A stretch of DNA of 61,722 bases, counting the filler. It is 4 parts of 4 records of this genome, joined end to end, with 100 filler letters (N's around TTAATTAATTAA, not from the genome) between each part and the next. Parts side by side here need not be neighbours in the genome. Positions count along the whole stretch, not along the records: positions 18,075 to 31,956 come from SRR20825006_909; positions 32,057 to 55,233 come from SRR20825006_912; 2 more parts are not named here. The stretch is one strand, 5' to 3'. Within the stretch, counting starts at the first letter, position 1. Every line of letters begins with the position of its first letter. Shown in pieces: positions 29,383 to 39,746 of the stretch. The notes beneath the pieces were generated by a model, which made no database searches, was not told the DNA's origin, and saw only the letters and a list, made by a program, of their open reading frames with translations. A program made the position numbers and the translations under genes.

Positions 29383-30663
29383 TTGCTAACGATTGAGAAA
29401 TACTCCTTCGGCGTCGGTGACCGTTTCGCCCATCAAGCGGCCGCTCAACTGCGATCCTTCACTCGTTTGGCCGAAAAGGGCATCCACGTCGCTCCGGTTT
29501 GGAACAAATCCAATCGCGAGCACACCTTTGTCGGCTCGCAGCCGCAGAGCGTGCATGACGCTGCCGCAGCAGCCGTCGAAAAACTGGGCTTCGATCGACC
29601 TTGGCACGTCGATGCGGATCACATCGGTCTGAAGACCGTCGAACCGTTCCTGCCTTGCTCGGACTTCTTCACGCTCGACGTCGCTGACTCGATCGGCAAA
29701 CCAGCCGACCAGGCTGACATCGACGCTTTCGTTGCCAAGCACAGCGAACTGATCGGCACGTTGGAACTCGAAGGCCTCTCCGCTCCGCTGACCATCACCG
29801 AAGAAGACGTTCGTCGCGTCGCCGGGCAGTACATGTTGGCCACCAAACAAGCCGGCGAGATCGACCGGCACATCGCGTCCGTCAAAGGCGAAGGCAACTA
29901 CATCGCCGAAGTCTCCATGGACGAGACCGATGAACCGCAAACGCCGCCCGAGTTGCTGATCATCTTGGCGATGTTGGCCGACGAGAACATTCGCGTGCAA
30001 ACGATCGCTCCCAAGTTCACCGGCCGATTCAACAAGGGCGTCGACTACGTCGGAGACTTGGCTCAATTCGAACGCGAATTTAATGACGACGTCGCCGTGC
30101 TGGCTCACGCCGTTAAAGCGTACGGATTGCCCGAAGTGTTGAAACTCAGCGTTCACAGCGGCAGCGACAAATTCAGCTTGTACCCGATCATTCGCGATTG
30201 CTTGAAACGAACCGGCGCGGGCGTTCACCTGAAAACCGCCGGCACGACTTGGCTGGAAGAGATCATCGGATTGGCAGAAGCCGGTGGCGATGGATTGGCA
30301 CTTGCCAAAGAAATCTATGTCTACGCGTTGGAACACGTTGACGAATTGTGCGCTCCCTACGCCAGCGTCATTGACATCGACCGCTCACAATTGCCTGATT
30401 CGGCCGCGGTTGAAAAGCTCGATGGTCCCGCGTTCGCGGAACTGATTCGCCACATCCCATCGAATCCAAACTTCAATGCCAACGTGCGTCAGTTGCTTCA
30501 CGTGTCGTTCAAAGTCGCCGCGAAAGCGGGGGCTCGATACACAGATCTGCTGGAATCCAACGAAGAAATCGTCGGACAACAAGTCACCCAAAATATCTAC
30601 GACCGACACCTGTTGGCATTGTTCATCGACGAAGATGGCAAAGCCATCGGAACGGGAGCCTGA
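29383..30663 (+). CDS. uxaE: Tagaturonate/fructuronate epimerase
   Basis: SFGVGDRF, HVDADHI, EVSMDETD, KLSVHSGSDKFS and HLKTAGTTWLE. Start uncertain (TTG 29383; the ORF opens at 29308). Confidence 0.85.
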   Translation: MLTIEKYSFGVGDRFAHQAAAQLRSFTRLAEKGIHVAPVWNKSNREHTFVGSQPQSVHDAAAAAVEKLGFDRPWHVDADHIGLKTVEPFLPCSDFFTLDVADSIGKPADQADIDAFVAKHSELIGTLELEGLSAPLTITEEDVRRVAGQYMLATKQAGEIDRHIASVKGEGNYIAEVSMDETDEPQTPPELLIILAMLADENIRVQTIAPKFTGRFNKGVDYVGDLAQFEREFNDDVAVLAHAVKAYGLPEVLKLSVHSGSDKFSLYPIIRDCLKRTGAGVHLKTAGTTWLEEIIGLAEAGGDGLALAKEIYVYALEHVDELCAPYASVIDIDRSQLPDSAAVEKLDGPAFAELIRHIPSNPNFNANVRQLLHVSFKVAAKAGARYTDLLESNEEIVGQQVTQNIYDRHLLALFIDEDGKAIGTGA

Positions 30664-30665
30664 AC

Positions 30666-31694
30666 ATGAAAGCGTTGCAACTGAGTGCTCCGAAACAGTG
30701 GGAGCAGATCGAAATCGACGAACCATCGCCGCCGGGTCCCGGTGAAGCGTTGGTGCGAATTCACCGCGTCGGTGTTTGCGGCACGGACTTGGGTGGTTAC
30801 CTCGGCAAGTTCCCATTCTTTTCCTACCCCCGAATTCCCGGCCATGAATTGGGCGTGGAAGTCGTCGCGGTTGGCGAAGGTGTCGAGAACGTGAAGGTCG
30901 GCGATCGCTGCAGCGTCGAACCGTACATCAATTGCCAGAAGTGTTACTCGTGCGAGCGTGGCCTGACGAACTGCTGCGAATCACACCAAACACTCGGCGT
31001 GATGTGCGACGGCGGACTGACTGAAAAGATGATCTTGCCCGCCCGCAAACTGCACCCCGCCAACAATCTTTCTTACGAGCAATCAGCGCTCGTTGAAACA
31101 TTGGCAATTGGTTGCCACGCCATCGATCGCGCCCATGTGACCGACAAGGACACCGTTTTGGTGATTGGTTCGGGCCCCATTGGATTGTCGGCGATCGAGT
31201 TCGCTCGTGTTGCAGGAGCCAGGGTCATTGTCGCTGACCTCAGCCAAACGCGGTTGGACTTTGTGACCGAGAAGATGGGCGTGACCGACACCATTCAGTT
31301 TGATGGATCCGAAGCGGACATTGAAAAATTGGAAGCGATGACCGATGGTCGTCGCGCGGACGTTGTGGTCGACGCGACGGGCAACCATCACTCCATGCGT
31401 CGTGCGATGGAAATGGCTGCGTTCGGCGGACGAGTCGTCTACGTCGGGATTACTCAGCAAGACCTGCAGTTCCCGCACGCACCGTTCTTACATCGCCGCG
31501 AGTTGACGATCCTTGCCAGCCGCAACGCTTTGACTCGAGATTTCTCTCGCATCATTCAGTTGATCGAGTCCGGCGTCATCGACACTGATCCTTGGATCAC
31601 GCACCACGCGAAATTCGAGGAAGTGATCGAGTCCTTCCCGGCTTGGACGGATCCCGAATCGGGTGTCGTGAAAGCCGTGATTCACGTTTCCTAG
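30666..31694 (+). CDS. Zn-dependent MDR alcohol dehydrogenase, L-galactonate 5-dehydrogenase (LgoD/YjjN)-like
   Basis: GVCGTD, GHELG, CxxCxxC...C structural Zn site, GSGPIG and LASRNA; starts 2 nt after the uxaE stop. Confidence 0.85.
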   Translation: MKALQLSAPKQWEQIEIDEPSPPGPGEALVRIHRVGVCGTDLGGYLGKFPFFSYPRIPGHELGVEVVAVGEGVENVKVGDRCSVEPYINCQKCYSCERGLTNCCESHQTLGVMCDGGLTEKMILPARKLHPANNLSYEQSALVETLAIGCHAIDRAHVTDKDTVLVIGSGPIGLSAIEFARVAGARVIVADLSQTRLDFVTEKMGVTDTIQFDGSEADIEKLEAMTDGRRADVVVDATGNHHSMRRAMEMAAFGGRVVYVGITQQDLQFPHAPFLHRRELTILASRNALTRDFSRIIQLIESGVIDTDPWITHHAKFEEVIESFPAWTDPESGVVKAVIHVS

Positions 31695-31714
31695 TACCAG
31701 GAAATGCGAGCCCA

Positions 31715-31825
31715 CGACGGTCTACCCAAGACCGTCGCGTACCTTCTCAACACACGTACGATGGTCTTCCAAGACCGTCGAAGATTTTCTCGAAACGCGT
31801 ACGACGGTCCTACAAGACCGTCGAA
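31715..31825. repeat. Cluster of three REP-like palindromes CGA(C/T)GGTC-N6/7-GACCGTCG with GTAC ends
   Basis: Copies at 31715-31742 (inverted), 31756-31782 and 31799-31825, downstream of a stop codon. Confidence 0.75.
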
Positions 31826-31912
31826 GAAACTATTCAAGCTCGAACGAATCCCTCCCAAAGAGGTCGTGCAGTTTTCTGATGCCGCTTTTCGGCTGACTTA
31901 CACACGGCGTAC

Positions 31913-31939
31913 CTCTCCCGAAACGTAGTTTGGGGAGAG
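31913..31939. repeat. Palindromic element CTCTCCCGAAAC-GTA-GTTTGGGGAGAG at the contig end
   Basis: 12-bp imperfect inverted repeat 17 nt from the contig break. Confidence 0.5.
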
Positions 31940-31956
31940 CGATATACTAGGTCGAG

Positions 31957-32056
31957 NNNNNNNNNNNNNNNNNNNNNNNNNNNNNNNNNNNNNNNNNNNN
32001 TTAATTAATTAANNNNNNNNNNNNNNNNNNNNNNNNNNNNNNNNNNNNNNNNNNNN
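31957..32056. other. Artificial contig linker
   Basis: N44-TTAATTAATTAA-N44. Confidence 0.99.
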
Positions 32057-33187
32057 GCCCTCGCCGATCATCTGGTCGTAGGCCTCACCCTTTTCGGCAC
32101 GCGCTGCCATAACTTCCATGGCTTCAACCGTATCGATCAGCTTGACGCGGATTTCCTTGTCAAGCGCCGGGTCTTTCGCCACGACCAGATCGGAAACCGA
32201 CGGCCCCGTGATTTCCGTGCCATCAACCCGTGTATAGTCGCCGGTATAGGCCTGGAAAATGCCGATTGCGTCGTTCAGATGAGACGCATGGGTATTATCG
32301 GAAAAGCAATCATGCTCCTCTTCCGGATCGTGCAACAGAAGACCAAGCTTCATGCGCTCACCGGCAAGTTCCCCATAGGAAAGCGAACCCATACCCGTCA
32401 GAATAGCAGAAAGGCCGGTTGCCGGATTTTCCGTGACGTAATTATAGCCTTCGCCACCCTGTTCCCAAGCGGCAACGATGTCTTCCAGATCCGCAATCAG
32501 AAGCTCGGAAGCGGCTGCCAGATAGGCCGCACGGCGGTCGCAATTGCCGTTGGTGCAATCTTCGAGGCTGTAATCGGTATAAGGACGAACACCCGCACCG
32601 GCTTCTGTGCCATTCAGATCCTGCCCCCACAGAAGGAACTCAATGGCGTGATAGCCCGTCGCCACATTGGCTTCAATCTCACCGGCCTCGTGCAGCGTAT
32701 TGGCCAGAAGCTCCGGCGTGATCTCGCTGGCATCAATGGCTTCACCGTTGATCTTGACTTGCGGGTTGGCGATCACGTTGGCGGTATAAAGACCGTTGAC
32801 GTCGCTTTCCATGCCATATGAAGCGTCGACATAATCGATCAGACCCTCATCCAGCGGCCAGGCGTTTACCTTGCCTTCCCAGTCATCAACGACCGGGTTT
32901 CCAAAACGATAAACCTCAGTCTGCTGATAGGGAACGCGCGCAGCGATCCAGGCTGCCTTGGCTGCGGCCAGCGTTTCGTCGCTCGGCTCGGCAAGGAAGG
33001 CATCGATAGCGTTATCAAGTGCCTTCGCTGTGATCAGCGAATCCTCATATTTTGCATGTGCAACGTCAGCGTAGTGCTTAACCACTGCTTCCGGCGTTAC
33101 ATCCTGCGCCAATGCAGGCATCGCGGTCAGAACCGTCGAGGCCGCAAATGCCGTCACGGCAGCGCGAAACTTCGTTGTGGCTGTCAT
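32057..33187 (-). CDS. Imelysin-family (IrpA-like) periplasmic iron-uptake protein, 3' truncated
   Basis: Signal peptide, VNAWPLDEGLIDYV, GYHAIEFLLW (GxHxxE) and EEEHDCFSDNT. ATG at 33187 with an AGGAG RBS. Confidence 0.9.
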
Positions 33188-33254
33188 AAATCCCTCTCCT
33201 TCAATGAAGACAAACATCATCTCCGATGACGGGTTACATGAAGGAAAAACAAAC

Positions 33255-33326
33255 TTGTGTCAAATAGTCCAGTTACGGATTATTGCTTATCGCAGGTTGA
33301 CACAAACCAACTTTGACAATTGTCAA
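33255..33326. promoter_or_regulatory. Candidate operator region upstream of imelysin
   Basis: Inverted TTGTGTCAA (33255) / TTGACACAA (33297) and palindrome TTGACAATTGTCAA (33313-33326). Iron-responsive control is only inferred from the downstream gene. Confidence 0.35.
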
Positions 33327-33340
33327 GCGCCTACAAAAAT

Positions 33341-34630
33341 TCAGGACCTCCTGCGCAATAACGCGGAGAAAAAGCCATCCGTACCGGTGATTGCAGGTGT
33401 AAGCATGACAAAGCCTTCCTCTGTGAAGTGCGGTCGTTTTGCGGTTGGTGGGAACTGCTTTTCCCATACATCAGAAAGGCCGACGACTTCGAACGCCTCA
33501 TTGCGCGAAAGAAAGGCTTTGATCTGATCCTGATTTTCCTGAGGCAACAGAGAGCACGTGACATAAGACAGCAATCCACCCGGTTTTACGAAGTGTGATG
33601 CTGCATCGAGAACCTTCGCCTGCTGGGCCGTGCGCTCGTCGATATTTTTCTCAGAAAGCCGCCATTTGATGTCAGGCCTGCGCCGCCAGGTACCGGTTCC
33701 GGTGCACGGAGCATCGATCAGAACGCGGTCGAAATGCGCCTCCATGCCTGCAAGGCCATTTGCGGCATCATGCACCTGCACATTCCGGGTTCCTGCCCGC
33801 CGCAGCCGCTCGATGATCGGCGCCAGCCGAGTACGGTCTGCGTCATAGGCATGGATCTGACCGGCATTACCCATTGCAGCTGCAAGGGCCAGCGTTTTGC
33901 CGCCGCCACCGGCGCAATAATCCAGCACCTGATGACCGCTTTCGGCGCCGACAAGAGCAGCAACGACCTGCGAGCCTTCGTCCTGAACCTCGAACCAGCC
34001 TTTTTGAAAGGCAAGCTCTGCTGTGACATTCGGCAGCCGGGCCGCCCCCTCGCCCGGTGGTATACGCAAACCGTTAGGTGAAATGTCTGCAAACTCCGCA
34101 CCCGCGCGTGAAAGCGCCTTCTTCACTTTCTCAGGTGTCGCCTTCAACGTATTCACACGCAGATCAAGCGGCGGGCGTCGGTTGAGCGCTTCAGCCTCGG
34201 CCAGCCAGCCATCGCCGAAATTCTCCTTGAACGCCGGGAGTATCCATTCCGGCACATCGGCACGGATATGATCGGGAGCATCGTCTAGATCACGCGCGGC
34301 AAAGGCCCGCAACGTATCATCCGGCAGCGGCGCGGGCGCAAACTTGTCACCTTCCAGCTGCACCGCAAGGCTTTCAGGCGTAAAGCCCCACTGCCGGAAG
34401 AAAACCGCATGAGCAAGCGATGAAGGTGCATCACTCTCCATCAGCCAGGCATGGGAGAGCTTCAGGCGCAATGCGTCATAAACGATATTGCCGATGGCTG
34501 CACGGTCACCCGAACCGGCAAAACGATGCGCGGTGCCCCAATCCTTCAGCGCACTGGCAATCGGACGGCGACGTGTCTCGACATCTTCCAGAACTTCAAT
34601 GGCACCGGCCAGGCGTCCGCCTATGCGCAT
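33341..34630 (-). CDS. RsmB/NOP family RNA m5C methyltransferase
   Basis: EVQDEGSQ, VLDYCAGGGGKT, DAPCTGTG and YVTCS...EN. Confidence 0.92.
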   Translation of the reverse strand: MRIGGRLAGAIEVLEDVETRRRPIASALKDWGTAHRFAGSGDRAAIGNIVYDALRLKLSHAWLMESDAPSSLAHAVFFRQWGFTPESLAVQLEGDKFAPAPLPDDTLRAFAARDLDDAPDHIRADVPEWILPAFKENFGDGWLAEAEALNRRPPLDLRVNTLKATPEKVKKALSRAGAEFADISPNGLRIPPGEGAARLPNVTAELAFQKGWFEVQDEGSQVVAALVGAESGHQVLDYCAGGGGKTLALAAAMGNAGQIHAYDADRTRLAPIIERLRRAGTRNVQVHDAANGLAGMEAHFDRVLIDAPCTGTGTWRRRPDIKWRLSEKNIDERTAQQAKVLDAASHFVKPGGLLSYVTCSLLPQENQDQIKAFLSRNEAFEVVGLSDVWEKQFPPTAKRPHFTEEGFVMLTPAITGTDGFFSALLRRRS

Positions 34631-34663
34631 AAACTCACTCCCAATTGAAAAAACAGCGACCCG

Positions 34664-36256
34664 CTACCCGAACAGAACGAAAGAGGCCAGGCCAGCCATA
34701 TAAACCAGTACGAGAACGATGAACCACAGCGCAGCACGGCCCGAGCGCGTATGCCGCGCTTCGGCACGGCCAATCGCATCCGCCGTTGCCTCATCGAAAC
34801 GCAATCCGTTTTCGCTCATCGCGACAATTTCATTATGAAATTTTTCGGTCTTGTCGGCAATTTCCGGCACGGCTTCTGCCAGTTTCAGCGCCGCCTTCAT
34901 ACCTTCGCGCATATCATCCAGAACGCGCTTTGGCCCGAGATTATCCTTGATCCATTCGGAAACAACCGGCTCGGATGCCTTCCACATGTTGAAATGCGGA
35001 TCAAGCATCCGCGACACGCCTTCCACCACCACCATGGTTTTTTGCAGGTTGATCAGCTGCGTCTGGGTCGACATGTCGAAGATTTCGGTAATCTCAAACA
35101 GCAACGTCAGAAGCTTGCCCATCGAAATGGTTTCAGCCGACTGGCCATGGATCGGCTCACCAATCGCCCGGATCGCCTGCGCAAACGAGGCCTTGTCGTG
35201 ATGAGCCGGCACATAGCCAGCTTCAAAATGCGCTTCGGCAACACGCATGTAATCGCGGGTAATGAACCCGTAAAGAATCTCCGCCAGAACCCGGCGTTCC
35301 TTTTTGCCAAGCCGCCCGACAATGCCCATATCAACGGCAACAATCATTCCCGCATCATCGACGAACAGATTGCCGGGATGCATGTCGGCATGGAAAAAGC
35401 CATCGCGCAGTGTATGCCGCAAAAAGGACTGGATCAGCGTAGCCGCCAGTTCCTCAAGATTGTGCCCCGAGGCGCGCAAGGCGTCGATATCCGACATCTT
35501 GATGCCGTCGATCCATTCCATGGTGACGACATCGCGGCCGGTGCGCTCCCAGTCGACCTTCGGCAGACGAAAACCGGGATCGTCAGCCGTATTCTCGGTC
35601 ATCTCCGAGATCGCCGCAGCTTCCAGGCGCAGATCCATTTCAATCCTGGTCGTGCGCTCCAGTGTCCGGGTTACATCCACCGGGCGCAAGCGCCGACTTG
35701 AGCGGACAAAACGCTCCTGCAGCCTTGAGACCAGATACATGGCCCCCAGATCTTCATTGAAGCGTTGCCGGATACCCGGACGGATCACCTTCACCGCCAC
35801 CTTTTTCTCTGTTCCGTCGGCAGCCGTCACTTTCGCGGGGTGAACCTGCGCAATCGAAGCGGCGGCAATAGGATCGCCGAACTCTGCATAGAGCTCATCC
35901 ACCGGACGGCCCAACGAGCCTTTTATGGTCGTCTTTGACGCCTCGATGGAGAAGAAAGGCATTCGATCCTGCAACTGAGCCAGATCATTGGCAAAACCGT
36001 CCCCAACCACATCCGGACGGGTCGCCAGAAACTGTCCCATCTTTACGTAAGACGGGCCGAGGCGGGAAATCGCCTTGCCGATCCGGTCGGAACGCGCCTC
36101 TTTACGCGCCTTTGGGCGTGCCAGCGGAACCAGCATGGCTTTGCCCAGCTTTACCAGCGGTGGCAAACCATCCGATGGCAGCGCGTTGATCACGCCCTCG
36201 CGCATTAACACCCAGCCAACGCCAAGAAGATTCATATAGGATCGGAATGCGCTCAT
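34664..36256 (-). CDS. ubiB: Ubiquinone biosynthesis kinase-like protein UbiB
   Basis: LGPSYVKMGQ, AAASIAQVH, VAVKVIRPG and FFHADMHPGN; downstream of ubiE. Confidence 0.95.
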   Translation of the reverse strand: MSAFRSYMNLLGVGWVLMREGVINALPSDGLPPLVKLGKAMLVPLARPKARKEARSDRIGKAISRLGPSYVKMGQFLATRPDVVGDGFANDLAQLQDRMPFFSIEASKTTIKGSLGRPVDELYAEFGDPIAAASIAQVHPAKVTAADGTEKKVAVKVIRPGIRQRFNEDLGAMYLVSRLQERFVRSSRRLRPVDVTRTLERTTRIEMDLRLEAAAISEMTENTADDPGFRLPKVDWERTGRDVVTMEWIDGIKMSDIDALRASGHNLEELAATLIQSFLRHTLRDGFFHADMHPGNLFVDDAGMIVAVDMGIVGRLGKKERRVLAEILYGFITRDYMRVAEAHFEAGYVPAHHDKASFAQAIRAIGEPIHGQSAETISMGKLLTLLFEITEIFDMSTQTQLINLQKTMVVVEGVSRMLDPHFNMWKASEPVVSEWIKDNLGPKRVLDDMREGMKAALKLAEAVPEIADKTEKFHNEIVAMSENGLRFDEATADAIGRAEARHTRSGRAALWFIVLVLVYMAGLASFVLFG

Positions 36257-36271
36257 AAAACTGCCTGAGAC

Positions 36272-37048
36272 CTAAAGCTTCCAGCCGGAGTGAAGCGCGG
36301 CGATGCCGCTTGAATAATTGGTATATTTCACGCGCGAGAAACCTGCTCGCCCGATCATTTTTGCAAAATCTCCCTGATTGGGAAATTTACGGATCGATTC
36401 CACGAGATAGCGATAAGGTTCACCGTCACCCGCCACAACCTTGCCAATGGCGGGAATCGCATTGAACGACCAGAGATCATAAACCTTCTCAAGAATCGGC
36501 GCCTCGACTTCGGAAAATTCCAGAACCAGAAGACGTCCACCACGCTTCAGCACACGGTAGGCTTCCGACAGTGCCTTGTCGATATGCGGCACGTTGCGGA
36601 TGCCAAATGCGATTGTATATGCGTCAAATGTCTTGTCGTCGAAAGGAAGCTCTTCCGCATTGGCTTCGACAAAAGTGCAGTTTTCAGCCAGTCCCTTCTT
36701 TTTTGCCCGGTCTTCGCCGACCGAGAGCATCGAGCCATTGATATCCAGAACGGTGGCTTGCGCCATCCTGTGTGATGCCTCGACAATGCGAAATGCGATA
36801 TCCCCTGTCCCGCCGGCCACATCGAGTATCTTGTATTCCGGGTCCGGCGGTGGATTGAGGGCGGAAATCATGGCGTCTTTCCAGGCCCGGTGCAGCCCTG
36901 CCGACATGAGATCATTCATCATGTCGTAGCGCTTGGCGACCTTGTGAAAGACATCATTGACAAGTGGCTGCTTGTCGCCATCTGCGACATCCTTGAAACC
37001 AAAGGACGTTGCCATGCTGTCATCAGCCCTGGTCCGGTTGCCCGCCAT
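36272..37048 (-). CDS. ubiE: Ubiquinone/menaquinone C-methyltransferase UbiE
   Basis: [34 protein letters not shown] and [13 protein letters not shown] at 37048 with GAGGTG. Confidence 0.96.
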   Translation of the reverse strand: MAGNRTRADDSMATSFGFKDVADGDKQPLVNDVFHKVAKRYDMMNDLMSAGLHRAWKDAMISALNPPPDPEYKILDVAGGTGDIAFRIVEASHRMAQATVLDINGSMLSVGEDRAKKKGLAENCTFVEANAEELPFDDKTFDAYTIAFGIRNVPHIDKALSEAYRVLKRGGRLLVLEFSEVEAPILEKVYDLWSFNAIPAIGKVVAGDGEPYRYLVESIRKFPNQGDFAKMIGRAGFSRVKYTNYSSGIAALHSGWKL

Positions 37049-37207
37049 ATTGTGCACCTCATCTTCTCCCGGGAACAGATAGGTCAAGACCATAGCGAAA
37101 TCAAAATCAATGCGCTATCACAGCCGCTCTCGGGATGGCGGCTTACTGTCTGATGCGGCTATAAACCGAAATGAAACAAAGCGAAACGTCAAAGGCTTTA
37201 AAAAACC

Positions 37208-38101
37208 ATGCCGGAACTGCCTGAAGTCGAAACCGTGCGCCGAGGACTGGCACCCGCGATGGAGGGGAGCAGACTTGAAAGACTGGAACTTCGCCGAGCG
37301 GACCTGCGTTTTCCGTTTCCCACTGATTTTGCGACCATGACCGAAACGCACCGAATTGTCGCGCTTGGGCGTCGGGCCAAGTATCTGCTGATAGACCTGG
37401 ACAACAGCAAAACAATTGTCGCGCATCTGGGCATGTCAGGTTCATACAGGATTGAGAATAACGATGGCAGTGAAACACCCGGAGACTTTCATATTCCGCG
37501 CATGCAGCTATCTAAGCACGATCATGTGATCTTCCACCTCACCCGAGACGGCGTTTCCAGCCGCGTCATTTATAATGATCCGCGCCGGTTCGGTTTCATG
37601 AAACTGGTTGACCGGAATGCACTGGAGGAAGATCCGGGTTTCCGCGAACTCGGGCCCGAACCAACCGGCAATGCACTTGATACCGATTTTCTGGCCCGAC
37701 GTTTTGCAGGCAAGACACAGGCTATCAAGACCGCTCTTCTGGATCAGCGCAATATCGCCGGCCTCGGCAACATTTATGTCTGCGAAGCTTTGTGGCGGGC
37801 GCGGCTTTCGCCGTTTCGTGCAGCCGGGCACCTGGTGACGGCCAAAGGAAAACCCTCCGCAGGGCTTCAACGTCTTGTGCCAGCGATCCGGGACGTCATT
37901 GCCGAAGCCATCGAAGCGGGCGGCTCAACCTTGCGCGACCATCGGAAGACCGATGGCACACTCGGTTACTTCCAGCACTCGTTTTCTGTATATGACCGCA
38001 CCGGCACAGCCTGCCGCCATGAAGGATGCAGCGGAACGATTTCACGCGCCGTACAGTCAGGACGTTCGACATTTTACTGCCCCGCCTGCCAGAAAGGCTA
38101 A
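37208..38101 (+). CDS. mutM: Formamidopyrimidine-DNA glycosylase
   Basis: [26 protein letters not shown] and a C-terminal Zn finger. Confidence 0.97.
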   Translation: MPELPEVETVRRGLAPAMEGSRLERLELRRADLRFPFPTDFATMTETHRIVALGRRAKYLLIDLDNSKTIVAHLGMSGSYRIENNDGSETPGDFHIPRMQLSKHDHVIFHLTRDGVSSRVIYNDPRRFGFMKLVDRNALEEDPGFRELGPEPTGNALDTDFLARRFAGKTQAIKTALLDQRNIAGLGNIYVCEALWRARLSPFRAAGHLVTAKGKPSAGLQRLVPAIRDVIAEAIEAGGSTLRDHRKTDGTLGYFQHSFSVYDRTGTACRHEGCSGTISRAVQSGRSTFYCPACQKG

Positions 38102-38106
38102 CCATA

Positions 38107-39099
38107 TCACCGCAACGCTATCGGATACAGCGCCTGACCATTATCTTCATACGCCGAAATATTAGCGATCGTGGTATGCGCGATATTGATCAGCGCTTCC
38201 TGCGTGAAAAACCCCTGATGGCCGGTAATCAGAACGTTCGGGAAGGTTAAGAGACGCGCAAAAATATCATCGCGGATCACGGTCGAAGACAGATCGCGGA
38301 AAAACAGATCTTCCTCCTCCTCGTAGACGTCAAGCGCCAGCGCACCGATCTTGCCGGATTTCAACCCCTCAATCACCGCCAGCGTGTCTATGACACCTCC
38401 ACGGCTGGTATTGACCAGCATTTTGCATCGCTGCATCGCACTGATCGCGTCTTCGTCAATAAAATGCCGCGTGTCCGGGGTGAGCGGACAATGCAGCGAG
38501 ATGATCTCCGCCTTCTCCAGCAGTTCATCCTTATCGACATAACGCGCACCAAGCGCCTTCGCCTCATCATTCGGATAGGGATCAAAGGCGATGATCCTGC
38601 AACCGAAACCGGAGAATGCGCGGATGACATTGCGACCGATACCCCCGGTACCGACAACGCCCACGGTCTTTCCGTGAAGATCAAAGCCAATCAGACCATT
38701 CAGCGAAAAATTGCCTTCGCGCACCCGGTTATAGGCCCGGTGGATCTTGCGGTTCAGCGTCATCACCAGCGCCAGAGTGTGTTCGGCTATCGCATAAGGA
38801 GAATAGGACGGCACACGGGCCGCCTGAATGCCGAACCGGTCAGCAGCGGAAAGATCGAGCCGGTTGAAGCCCGCACACCGAAGTGCAATGAGGCCAACAC
38901 CCGCCTTTTGTAATTCAGACAAGGTTGAAGCGCCAAGATCATCATTCACGAAGGCACAGATCGCCTTGGATCCGGCGGCCAGCTTGGCTGTCGGCGCATG
39001 AAGCGGCGCCTCGGTAAAGACCAGATCATGGCGCTCCTCATTGGCATGTTTCAGAAACTCTTCATCATATGGTTTGGCTGAAAAGACGGTAACGCGCAT
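38107..39099 (-). CDS. ldhA: D-lactate dehydrogenase-like D-2-hydroxyacid dehydrogenase
   Basis: ALRCAGFN, RVPSYSPYAIAEH, GTGGIG, LDVYEEE and LITGHQGF. Confidence 0.85.
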   Translation of the reverse strand: MRVTVFSAKPYDEEFLKHANEERHDLVFTEAPLHAPTAKLAAGSKAICAFVNDDLGASTLSELQKAGVGLIALRCAGFNRLDLSAADRFGIQAARVPSYSPYAIAEHTLALVMTLNRKIHRAYNRVREGNFSLNGLIGFDLHGKTVGVVGTGGIGRNVIRAFSGFGCRIIAFDPYPNDEAKALGARYVDKDELLEKAEIISLHCPLTPDTRHFIDEDAISAMQRCKMLVNTSRGGVIDTLAVIEGLKSGKIGALALDVYEEEEDLFFRDLSSTVIRDDIFARLLTFPNVLITGHQGFFTQEALINIAHTTIANISAYEDNGQALYPIALR

Positions 39100-39266
39100 T
39101 TCCGGTCCTTAAAAAGTGCTGTATCCAAAGAATCGCACAGGCATTTATTCTGGCCTGACAGTGTTGAAGTGTAAGCCGGATAAGCATAAAGACAATGACC
39201 AAGGCCATGCAAAAGCCCGAAAAGGCCGCATGAACAGGCTATTCACCGAATTCCTCGCATTTGCGC

Positions 39267-39295
39267 ATTGACGTGACGCGCGGAAGCCGTTATAT
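39267..39295 (+). promoter_or_regulatory. RpoD promoter of rpsT
   Basis: ATTGAC-N17-TTATAT, close to the rhizobial CTTGAC-N17-CTATAT consensus. Confidence 0.6.
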
Positions 39296-39420
39296 CGCCG
39301 CCCACAGTATTGAAAGCTTTTTAAGCTTGATCAATTGCTCCCGTCACATGAAGTGATCTGCGCCTTCAGCGGTGTTCAGCCGTGACAGGAGCGCGCGACA
39401 GAATTCGAAGAGAGACTGAT

Positions 39421-39687
39421 ATGGCTAATACAACTTCGGCGAAAAAGGCGACGCGCAAAATGGCCCGCCGTACCGCCATCAACAAGACGCGTCGTTCGCG
39501 TGTTCGCGGTTTCGTACGCAAGGTCGAAGAAGCAATCGCTTCCGGTGATGCCGATCAGGCAAAGGCAGCATTGATGCTGGCCGAGCCGGAACTCGCACGC
39601 GCCGCAAGCAAGGGTGTTCTTCACCGCAACACCGTATCGCGGAAGGTTTCCCGCCTTTCTCAGCGTGTGAAGGCAATCTCTGCCTGA
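39421..39687 (+). CDS. rpsT: 30S ribosomal protein S20
   Basis: [13 protein letters not shown]...[16 protein letters not shown]; upstream of dnaA, as usual in Alphaproteobacteria. Confidence 0.97.
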   Translation: MANTTSAKKATRKMARRTAINKTRRSRVRGFVRKVEEAIASGDADQAKAALMLAEPELARAASKGVLHRNTVSRKVSRLSQRVKAISA

Positions 39688-39715
39688 ATATGTTATAAAT
39701 TACACGTCTCTGAAG

Positions 39716-39746
39716 AACCCGGTCATCAGGCCGGGTTTTTTGTTTT
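39716..39746 (+). terminator. Intrinsic terminator after rpsT
   Basis: AACCCGGTC-ATCA-GGCCGGGTT followed by a T tract. Confidence 0.85.

Noticed and set aside
31715..31825. Possible mini CRISPR array
   Set aside because: The units differ in their loops, one is inverted, the gaps are only about 13-16 nt and no cas genes are present. It fits a REP cluster.
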